Below are positions 1 through 9,750 of a stretch of 64,000 bases of DNA, piece by piece. The stretch covers positions 106,766,001 to 106,830,000 of the forward strand of contig NC_086108.1 in assembly GCF_963921235.1 (NCBI RefSeq), written 5' to 3'. The stretch is from Mobula hypostoma. Taxonomy: Eukaryota. Position numbers and translations under genes: made by a program. Within the stretch, counting starts at the first letter, position 1. Every line of letters starts with the position of its first letter. Under the pieces are notes generated by a model. That model did no database searches. It worked only from the letters and a program-made list of their open reading frames with translations, and had not been told where the DNA came from.

Positions 1-339
1 ATTTAGAGTGCACATTTCTGAATGAGAAGCCAGATTCAAGAATCTTGGCAAAAAAATAAGTTGAATTAATTTGCCTTGATGAAGGCTCTTGGCCCAAGAA
101 GATGACTGCTTATTCCTCTCCATAGATGCTGCCTGACCTGCTGAGTTCTTCCAGCATTTTCTTTGGATTAAGGGGATCTGTCAGCCATTCAGACAGTGAA
201 AGGACATCTCTATGTTCAGTTCAGCATGGACTAGATGAGTTGGATGACTTGTTTCTATGCTGCCGTTCTCTATAAATCTATGACTCTATGTGAACAACTA
301 ATGTTTGGCCTTGTGTCTGCCATAGCTCAGTAAACAGTA

Positions 340-770
340 CTCAGCTCTAAGTCTGTGTACAAAGACCTGAGTTATAGGGAAAGGTTGAAAAGGTTAGGGC
401 ATTATTCCCTGGAGCACAGGAGAATGAGGGGAAATTTGATAGAAGTGCACAAAATAATGAGGGTTATCAGCAGGGTAAATGCAAGCAGGCTTTTCCCACT
501 GAGGTTGAGTGGGACATGAAATAGACATCATGGGTTAAGGGTGAAAGGTGAATAGTTTAAGGGGGACATGAGGGGGAATTTTTTTCACTCAGAGAGTGGT
601 GAGAGTGTGGAAAGAGCTTCCAGTAAAAGTGGTGGATGTGGGTTTGACTTCAACACTTAAGGGAAATATGGATAGGTCCAGGTGCAGGTTGATAAAACAA
701 TAGTTAGGCACAGACTAGACAGGCCGAAGAGCCTGTTTCAGGGCTATTGAATCTCTATGACTCTATGACT
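340..770 (+). mobile_element. Degenerate CR1 LINE 3' fragment
   Basis: Decayed CR1 ORF2 C-terminal coding motifs (ttcactcagagagtggtgagagtgtgg = FTQRVVRVW) ending in a (ctctatga)n tail. Confidence 0.8.
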
Positions 771-1219
771 TCCTACGGCAATGATAATAAGCTTGTTTCT
801 GATTCTGATTCTGCCAGAGTGATGAAACTGCTAACATTCAGATACGATGATCAACCGAAGCTCCAACTGCTCACTGATTCGTAGAGGCACATCACAGACG
901 CAGGTGCTTCAGCCCAAACAGTCCACATCGAGCTTCCACCACCAAGTGGCCTCCGAACCCACACCTCATTGAGCAACTTGTGGTTTATCCCTGCCTGGGA
1001 CTCATGGACACCTCATTTAATGGTAAGGCTCCATGGCATACAAAAGGTTGGGGACCAGTGATGTAAATGCACTTTCTCCATAGCTGTTACACTTCATTCT
1101 TCCTTTGTTACTGTTTTACCTTGTTCTAGCTCAATACATTATGTAATAATGTGATATATGTGAATAGTATGCAAGAGAAGCTTTCAGTACACGTGACAAG
1201 AATACACTAATTCATAGAA

Positions 1220-1475
1220 CCTAGAGTACAGAACAGCACAGTACTGTACAGGCCTTTCAGCCCATGATGTTGTGCCGAACCCTTTAACCTACTCTAAGAT
1301 CAATCTAACCCTTCCCTCCCTCACAGCCCTCCATTTTTCAATCATCCATGTGCCGGTCGAAGAACTTTAAAAATTACCCAAATGTATCTGCCTCTACCAC
1401 CGTCTGTGGCAGAATGTTTGATGCACCACCACTCTCTGTGTAAAGAACTTACCTCCGATATCTCCCCCTATACAT
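1220..1475 (-). mobile_element. CR1 3' end fragment
   Basis: Reverse-complement of a CR1 3' UTR/C-terminus similar to the other CR1 ends in the window. Confidence 0.6.
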
Positions 1476-1476
1476 T

Positions 1477-2002
1477 CAATAGACAATAGGTGCAGGAGTA
1501 GGCCATTTGGCCCTTCGAGCCAGCACCGCCATTCACTGTGATCATGGCTGATCATCCACAATCAGTATCCAGTTCCTGCCTTATCCCCATAACCTTTGAT
1601 TCCGCTATCTTTAAGAGCTCTCTCCATCTCTTTCTTGAAAGCATCCAGAGACTTGGCCTCCACAGCCTTCTGGGGCAGAGCATTCCATATATCCACCACT
1701 CTCTGGGTGAAAAAGATTTTCCTCAATTCTGTTCTAAATGGCCTACCCCTAATTCTTAAACTGTGGCCTCTGGTTCTGGACTCACCCATCAGCGGGAACA
1801 TGTTTCCTGCCTCCAGCGTGCCCAATCCCTTAATAATCTTATATGTTTCAATAAGATCCCCTCTCAGCCTTCTAAATTCCAGAGTATACAAGCCCAGTTG
1901 CTCCAATCTTTCAACATATGACAGTCCCGCCATCCTGGGAATTAACCTTGTGAACCTACGCTGCACTCCCTCAATAGCAAGAATGTCCTTCCTCAAATTT
2001 GG
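1477..2002 (-). mobile_element. 5'-truncated CR1 LINE with open ORF2 C-terminus
   Basis: ORF 1562..2014 (LEGVQRRFTRLIP-like, GLYTLEFRRLRGDLIETYK, FFTQRVVDIWNALP) plus 3' UTR. Confidence 0.9.
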
Positions 2003-2495
2003 AAATTCCTCCAATCACCTTAAAATTTTGCCTTCTTGTATTCACTATTTCTGCCTTGGGGGGAAAAATAGTCTCTGAAGGCCCACTCAGCCATTGCCTC
2101 TTACCATCACCTTCATCAAGTCACCTCTCCAAACCTATCTCAGCAATTCAACACGACAGACCACCTCTTGCACTACCATGGACTTGTCAGGATCAAAATC
2201 AAAATCAGGTTTGCAGTCACTGTCTTAGATGATGTGAAACTTGAAACATAAATTACAAAATAAATAAATAGTGTAAAGAAAAGCAGAGCGTGCTCTCCCA
2301 GCTTCCCCTTCCTGAATTCCACAACGCTTGCTGATGGCAAGTGAATCGGAATTGGAATCAGGTATTTTAACACTGGCGTATGTCATGAAATTTGCTGTTT
2401 TGCAGCAGCAGAAGGGTGAAAGACATAAGATATGCTATGTTACAATAAAAATATACCCAAATGTAATTAGTGCAAAAGGAAATCTAAATTTGTGT

Positions 2496-2912
2496 AACAC
2501 ACATCAAAGTCGCTGGTGAACGCAGCAGGCCAGGCAGCATCTCTAGGAAGAGGTACAGTCGACGTTTCGGGCCGAGACCCTTCGTCAGGACTAACTGAAA
2601 GAAGAGCTAGTAAGAGATTTGAAAGTGGGAGGAGGAGGGGGAGATCCAAAATGATAGGAGAAGACAGGAGGGGGAGGGATGGAGCCAAGAGCTGGACAGT
2701 TGATTGGCAAAAGGGATACGAGAGGATCATGGGACAGGAGGCCCAGGGAGAAAGAAAAGGGGGAGGGGGTGACCCAGAGGATGGGCAAGGAGGTATAATA
2801 GTCAGAGGGACAGAGGGAGAAAAAGGAGAGAGAGAGAAAGAATGTGTGTATGTAAATAAATAACGGATGGGGTACGAGAGGGAGGTGGGGCATTAGCGGA
2901 AGTTGGAGAAGT
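2496..2912 (-). mobile_element. Penelope-like element (PLE) 3' terminus / pseudo-LTR
   Basis: Minus strand reads an ORF end (...NFSNFR*), a pyrimidine-rich tract, a hammerhead motif and the GATGCTGCCTGGCCTGCTG terminus. Related termini are joined to GIY-YIG C-terminal remnants at 20420-20600 and 43630-43780. Confidence 0.8.
2557..2592 (-). ncRNA. Minimal type-I hammerhead ribozyme motif (PLE-associated)
   Basis: Minus strand AGTC-CTGACGA-A-GGGTCTCGGCCC-GAAAC-GTC-GACT: helix I AGTC/GACT, core CUGANGA and GAAA, stem II GGG/CCC, GUC cleavage triplet, palindromic ACGU as helix III. Confidence 0.7.
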
Positions 2913-2951
2913 TATGCATCAGTAAGGTGAGCCAAGGAAACATTGATAAAC

Positions 2952-3370
2952 CAGCTTGCAGCAGTATCACCGGCACACGGGTATAGACAAATGTGAATTA
3001 TACATAAAATTAGATCATTATAGTGGGAAAGAGACTGTCCAAAAAAAAGAGCTTAGTGCAAAGAGGAAGCAAAGGCGCAATGTGCGTGATGAATTTCATG
3101 GGTTAATGGACAGTTCAGAGAGCGGATGGCAGCGGGGAAGATGTTCCTCAGTTGTTGAATGTAGGTCTTCAAGCTCACACGTGTGAGGCTGTTGTTGCCA
3201 ATCGACCTCACTACTGTACATCTCTTCATTTCCATTGCGCCTTTGCTTCCTCTTGCACTAAGCTCTTGTTTTTGGACAATCTCCTTCCCACTGTAATGAT
3301 CTAATTTTATGTATAATTCATATTTTGTGAGTTGTCTGTACCCATGTGCCTGTGATACTGCTGCAAGCTG
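2952..3370. repeat. Diverged inverted repeat, ~130-bp arms with 150-bp spacer
   Basis: 2952-3082 is reverse-complementary to 3233-3370 (e.g. ttagtgcaaagaggaagcaaaggcgcaatg vs cattgcgcctttgcttcctcttgcactaa). Confidence 0.85.
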
Positions 3371-3523
3371 TATTTGTATGAGTATTTATATACTGGTATT
3401 GATATTGTTTTTGGTATTGGTATTGATGTTGATATTGGTATTTGTATTTGTATAGATATTACTACTGATATCGATTTTAGTATTGGTATTTGTATTGATA
3501 TTGATATTAGCATTAGTATTTGT
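3371..3523. repeat. (TATTGR)n-like degenerate microsatellite, continued at 11820-11890
   Basis: Low-complexity hexamer repeat present on both sides of the RTE insertion. Confidence 0.85.
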
Positions 3524-4253
3524 TAGACTTGGGTACGACTCTAAACTGCAACCGGTGATGAGGCTCTGGTTGGGGACTTTCAGAGCTTTGGGGAAAGTGA
3601 AGTTACCCCTTAGTCATTCATTGCTTCCGGGGCCAATCTGACCTGGAACAGTAGCACCCGCAAGGGTTCCTGCTCAGGATACGAACAAAGGCCAACGGCA
3701 GATCCGACAGGTTCTGTAACTGAACTTATGATGGAGAAGACAGCTGAGCTAGGATCTCAAATGTCAACGGCTATAGTATAGTCGGATGAATATATGGAAA
3801 GAGAAATGGCGATTTCTTTAGTTCGCCCAACGGTAGGCAATAGCAAACCACTGTTGCTAGATACTAGGTTTCCTACAATCTATTTGCTAAGAAAACAATG
3901 GTCAAACTCACAAAATGTATCACAAAACAACAGTGTCAACAGGATCTTCAAGACAATTCTGAAGATGTTTCGCTCGGTAGGGTTGATTCTGGGTAGCAGG
4001 GTATCCCTGACCATCATCAAGCTACTGTTCATAAAATTCAAGTAACGCAAAAGAAAATTATTGTGTCTTGGAATGCAAGAACCCTATATCAAGCAGGAAG
4101 ATTGGACAATGTGATAAATGAAATGGAAAGACTAAATATTAACATCTTGGGAATTAGCAAAGTTGGTTGGGTAGGTGCTGGAACAGGTATACATAGAACA
4201 TAGAATAGTACAGCACATTACAGATCCTTCGGCCCACAAAGTTGTGCCAACCC

Positions 4254-7100
4254 TCAAACCCTGCCTCCCATATAAGCCCCCACATTAAATTCCTCCATAT
4301 ACCTGTCTAGTAGTCTCTTAAACTTCAATAGTGTATCTGCCTCCACCACTGACTCAGGCAGTGCATTCCACACACCAACCACTCTCTGAGTAAAAAACCT
4401 TCCTCTAATATCCCCCTTGAAATTCCCACCCCTTACCTTAAAGCCATTTCCTCTTGTATTGAGCAGTGGTGCCCTGGGGAAGAGGCGCTGGCTATCCACT
4501 CTATCTATTCCTCTTATTATCTTGTACACCTCTATCATGTCTCCTCTCATCCTCCTTCTCTCCAAACAGTAAAGCCCTACCTCCCTTAATCTCTGATTAA
4601 AATGCATACTTTCTAAACCAGGCAGCATCCTGGTAAATCTCCTCTGTATCCTTTCCAATGCTTCCATATCCTTCCTATAGTGAGGTGACCAGAACTGGAC
4701 ACAGTACTCCAAGTGTGGCCGAACCAGAGTCTTATAGAGCTGCATCAATACCTCGCAACTCTTAAACTCTATCCCTCGACTTATGAAAGCTGACACCCCA
4801 TAAGCTTTCTTAACTACCCTATCTACCTGTGAAACAATTTTCAGGGATCTGCGGATATGTGCCCCCAGATCCCTCTCCTCCTCCACACTACCAAGTATCC
4901 TGCCATTCACTTTGTGCTCTGCCTTGGAGTTTGTCCTTCCAAAGTGTACCACCTCACATTTCTCCGGGTTGAACTCCATCTGCCACTTCTCAACCCACTT
5001 CTGCATCCTATCAATGTCTCTCTGCAATCTTCAACAATCCTCTACATTATTTACAACATCATCATCCTTTGTGTCATCTGCAAACTTGCCAACCCACCCT
5101 TCTACCCCCACATCCAGGTCATTAATAAAAATCACAAAAAGTAGAGGTCCCAGAACAGATCATTTGTGGGACACTACTAGTCACAATCCTCCAATCTGAA
5201 TGTACTCCCTCCACCACCACCCTCTGCCTTCTGCAGGCAAGCCAATTCTGAATCCACCTGGCCAAACTTCCCCGGATCCCATGCCTTCTGACTTTCTGAA
5301 TAAGCTAACCATGTGAAACCTTGTCAAATGCCTTACTAAAATCCATATAGATCACATCCAGTACACTACCCTCATCTATATGCCTGGTCACCTCCTCAAA
5401 GAACTCTATCAGGCTTGTTAGACACGATCTGCCCTTCACAAAGCCATGCTGACTGTCCCTGATCAGACCATAATTCTCTAAATGCCCATAGATCCTATCT
5501 CTAAGAATGTTTTCCAACAGCTCTCCCACTACAGTCGTAAGGCTCACTGGTCTATAATTACCCAGACTATCCCTACTACCTTTTTTGAACAAGGGGACAA
5601 CATTCGCCTCCCTCCAATCCTCCAGTACCATTCCCGTTGACAACGAGGTCATAAGGATCCTAGCCAGAGGCTCAGCAATCTCTTCCCTCACCTCATGAAG
5701 CAGCCTGGGGAATATTACATCAGGCCCCGGGGACTTATCCATCCTAATGTATTTTAACAACTCCAACACCTCCTCTCCCTTAATATCAACATGCTCCAGA
5801 ACATCAACCTCACTCATATTGTCCTCACCATCATTAAGTTCCATCTCATTGGTGAATACAGGAGAGAAGTATTCATTGAGGACCTCGTTCACTTCCACAG
5901 CCTCCAGGCACATCTTCCAATCTTTATCTCTAATCAGTCCTACCTTCACCTTTTGTTCTTCACATAATTGAAGAATTCCTTGAGGTTTTCCTTTATCCTA
6001 CTCGCCAAGGCCTTCTCATGCCCCTTCTTGCTCTTCTCAGTCCTTTTTAAGCTCCTTTCTTGCTTCCCTATATTCCTCAATAGACCCATCTGATCCCTGC
6101 TTCCTAAACCTCATGTATGCTGCCTTCTTCCACCTGACTAGATTTCCACCTGACTTGTCACCCATGGTTCCTTCACCCTACCATTCTTTTTTCTTCTTCA
6201 CTGGGACAAATTTATCCCTAACATCCTGCAAGAGATCTCTAAACATCGACCACCTGTCCATAGTACATTCCCCTGCAAAAACATCATCCCAATACACCCC
6301 CGCAAGCTCTAGCCTTATAGCCTCATAATTTGCCCTTCTCCAATTAAAAATTTTCCTGTCCTCTCTGATTCTATCCTTTTCCATGATAATGCTGAAGTCC
6401 GGGGATCGGTGGTCACTGTCCCCCAGATGCTCACCCACTGAGAGATCTGTGACCTGACCCGGTTCATTACCTAGTACTAGATCTAGTATGGCATTCCCCC
6501 TAGTCAGCCTGTTCACATACTATGACAGGAATCTGTCCTGGACACACTTAACAAACTCTGCCCCACCTAAACCCTTGGAACTAATCAGGTGCCAATCAAT
6601 ATTAGGGAAGTTAAAGTCACCCATGATAACAACCCTGCTATTTTTGCAACTTTCCAAAATCTGCCTCCTAATCTGCTCCTCTGCATCTCTGCTGCTACCA
6701 GGGGGTCTATAGAATACCCCCAATAGAGTAACAGCTCCCTTCCTGTTCCTGACTTCCACCCATACTGATTCAAAAGAGGATCCTGCTACATTACCCACCC
6801 TTTCCGTAGCTGTAATAGTATCCCTGACCAGTAATGCCACCCCTTCTCCCCTTTTTCCACCCTCTCTATCCCTTTTAAAGCACTGAAATCCAGGAATATT
6901 GAGAATCCATTCCTGCCCTGGTGCCAGCATCACCTTTGTTCCTGATGCTTCTTGCATTGAGGTACACACACTTCAGCCCTTCTACCTTACTGTCTTTACA
7001 CCGTTTATTCTGCTTCTCTTTCCTCCAAGCCTCTCTATGTTAGATCTGGCTTTACTCCATGCATTTCTTTCACTGCTCTATCGCTCTGGGTCCCATCCCC
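4254..7100 (-). pseudogene. CR1 ORF2 (endonuclease-reverse transcriptase), disrupted and internally deleted
   Basis: GVFYRPP, MGDFNFPNIDW, LGDSDH (EN); KSPGPD, NYRPVSLT, SQHGF, DFSKAFDKV (RT); LVRPHLEYCVQFWSP (C-terminus). Confidence 0.88.
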
Positions 7101-7108
7101 CTTGCAAA

Positions 7109-8049
7109 TTAGTTTAAACCCTCCCGAACCATGCTAGCAAACCTACCTGCAAGGATATTGCTCCCCCTCGAGTTCAGGTGCAACCCATCCAATCTGTACA
7201 GGTCCCACCTTCCCCAGAAGAGATCCCAATGATCCAAAAATCTAAAACCCTGCTCCTGCACCAACTCCTCAGCCACGCATTCAACTGCCATCTCCTCCAA
7301 TTCTTACCATCACTGTCACGTAGCACTGGCAGCAATCCTGAGAACGTCACCTTCGAGGTCCTATTCTTCAGCCTTCTGCCTAATTCCCGAAACTCACACT
7401 TCAGGACCTCATCCCTCTTCCTGCCTATGTCATTGGTACCAACATGTATCATGACTTCTGGCTGCTTTCCCTCTCATACCAGGATGTCGTGCACCCGGTC
7501 AGAGACATCCCGGATCCTGGCACCCAGGAGGCAATAAACCATGCAGGTGTCCTTCTCACATCCACAAAATCTCGTGTCTGCTCCCCTGACTATAGAGTCT
7601 CCAATGACGACAGCTCTCCTCTTCTCCATCCCATGCTTCTGCACCACCGGGTCAGACTCAGTGCCGGAGGCCCTGCCACCGTGGCTCACACCTGGTCGGT
7701 CGTCCCCGCCAACAGTATCTAGGACAGTAAACTTATTATTCAGGGGAATGGCTACAGGGGTGCTCTGCACTACTTGTCTGCTCACCTTCGCTTTCCCCCC
7801 TCTGACTGTCACCCAACGACCTGCTTCCGACAGCCTAGGTGTGACTACCTCCCTGTAGCCTTCATCTATGACTGCCTCATTCGCCCTTATAAGTCGAAGG
7901 TCATCCAGCTGCTGCTCCAGATTCCTTACACGGTCTTCCAGGTCGCCGAGCTGTATGCACTTCTGGCAGATGTGACTCTGCAGGAGAGGGGCGTTCCCCC
8001 AAGACTGCCACATCTCACATGAGAGGCACATCACCATCTCAGGAGGCAT
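7109..8049 (-). pseudogene. CR1 ORF1 (Cys-rich finger + coiled coil + SGNH esterase-like domain), disrupted
   Basis: CLSC..HICQKC, LEDRVRNLEQQLDDLRL, VIGDSIVRG, IHVGTND, DGLHLN motifs spread over ORFs 7474-8049, 7174-7452 and 7109-7300. Confidence 0.85.
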
Positions 8050-9083
8050 TGTAAAGACTAACTGCGAGCAACCTTGTCCTCCACCTCTTCTTGTTGAAGC
8101 CTCTCAAGTCAAAGCCTCAAAGCTCCACTCCTTCACAGGCCCACTCACTCACTGGCCCCTTTCCACAGGCCGCTCCTCTTGAGCTACCCTCCTATTTATC
8201 TGTTTGACCTTTTCAAAATGCTTGGTCACCTGACCTCGATTGCCCAATCAGCTACTTTCTGCTGAGTCTGAGCTATTCAAATCTTGATTGCCTAATCAAT
8301 GGCTTTCTGCTGATCTATTCAAATTTTGACTAACTTGATTGCACAGACCAACTGCCAAAACTGCCAGAATCTCTCGAGTCAAAGCCTCAAAGCTCCACTC
8401 CTTCACTGGCCGCTTTCCATCAAAAACATATGGAACAAATGATGATATAGATAAATTCTATGAAGAGCTTGAACAAGCAAAGAATGGATGGAAATCTCAA
8501 GATATTGTTATTGTCATGGGAGATCTAAATGCTAAAGTAGGAGAATGTGTTGATGGAAATACCATTTGAAAATCTGGTCTAGGGGAAAGAAATGAAAGAG
8601 GCGAGAAATGGGTAGAATAGTGCAAGATGAGTAATCAGGTCATTATGAATACCTACTTTAAAAACAATCCAAGATGCTTGTGGACCTGGAAAAGTCCAGG
8701 TAATAACACTAGAAATCAAATTGACTTTATGACTATAAACCAAAGATTTAGAAACTCAGTGACTCAATGCAAAACATATCCAGGTGCAGACTGTAATAGT
8801 GGCCATAACCCAGTAGTATGACATGTAAAAGTAAAACTTAAACAACTAAAGAAGCAAAAACCTGAACAATCCCTTGACTACTCACAATTAATTAAAGAAG
8901 AAAACTTAAGACAAAAATTTACAATTAAGGAATAGATTCAAATAGATTACAATTAAGGAATAGATTTCAAAGTCTAGAAATAGAATCTGTTGAAGATGAT
9001 AGCAATCATGTAGAAATGAAGCAACACACATCAAAGTTGCTGGTGAACGCAGCAGGCCAGGCAGCATCTCTAGGAAGAGGTGC

Positions 9084-9119
9084 AGTCGACGTTTCAGGCC
9101 GAGACTCTTCGTCAGGACT
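9084..9119 (-). ncRNA. Hammerhead-like motif, left arm (stem II weakened)
   Basis: Minus strand AGTC CTGACGA AGAGTCTCGGCCT GAAAC GTC GACT. Confidence 0.55.
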
Positions 9120-9714
9120 AACTGAAGGAAGAGTGAGTAAGGGATTTGAAAGTTGGAGGGGGAGGGGGAGATCCAAAATGATAGGAGAAGACAGGAGGGG
9201 GAGGGATAGAGCCGAGAGCTGGACAGGTGATAGGCAAAAGGGGATACGAGAGGATTGTGGGACAGGAGGTCCGGGAAGAAAAACAGGGGGGCGGGGATCC
9301 AGAGGATGGGCAAGAGGTATATTCAGAGGGACAGAGGGAGAAAAAGGACAGTGGGAGAAAGAATGTGTGCATAAAAATAAGTAACAGATGGGGTACGAGG
9401 GGGAGGTGGGGCCTTAGCGGAACTTCCCACCTCCCCCTCGTACCCCATCTGTTACTTATTTTTATGCACACATTCTTTCTCTCACTCTCCTTTTTCTCCC
9501 TCTGTCCCTCTGAATATATCCCTTGCCCATCCTCTGGGACCCCCCCCTTGTCTTTCTCCCCGGACCCACTGTCCCACGATCCTCTCGTATCCCCTTTTGC
9601 CTATCACCTGTCCAGCTCTTGGCTCTATCCCTCCCCCTCCTGTCTTCTCCTATCATTTTGGATCTCCCCCTCCCCCTCCCACTTTCAAATCCCTTACTCA
9701 CTCTTCCTTCAATT

Positions 9715-9750
9715 AGTCCTGACGAAGAGTCTCGGCCTGAAACGTCGACT
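9715..9750 (+). ncRNA. Hammerhead-like motif, right arm (stem II weakened)
   Basis: AGTC CTGACGA AGAGTCTCGGCCT GAAAC GTC GACT. Confidence 0.55.

Larger units (their letters stand above)
4189..8415 (-). mobile_element. Near-full-length CR1 LINE nested antisense in the RTE
   Basis: ORF1 remnants, ORF2 EN (6178-6969) and RT (4254-5949) remnants, 3' (ttctatg)-type tail at 4189-4210, 5' UTR 8050-8415. Confidence 0.93.

Noticed and set aside
1596..2078. 160-aa plus-strand ORF (and similar ORFs at 7178, 30249, 36505)
   Set aside because: Antisense shadows of CR1 coding sequence
3307..3513. Ile/Ser/Pro-rich ORF
   Set aside because: Translation of the (TATTGR)n microsatellite
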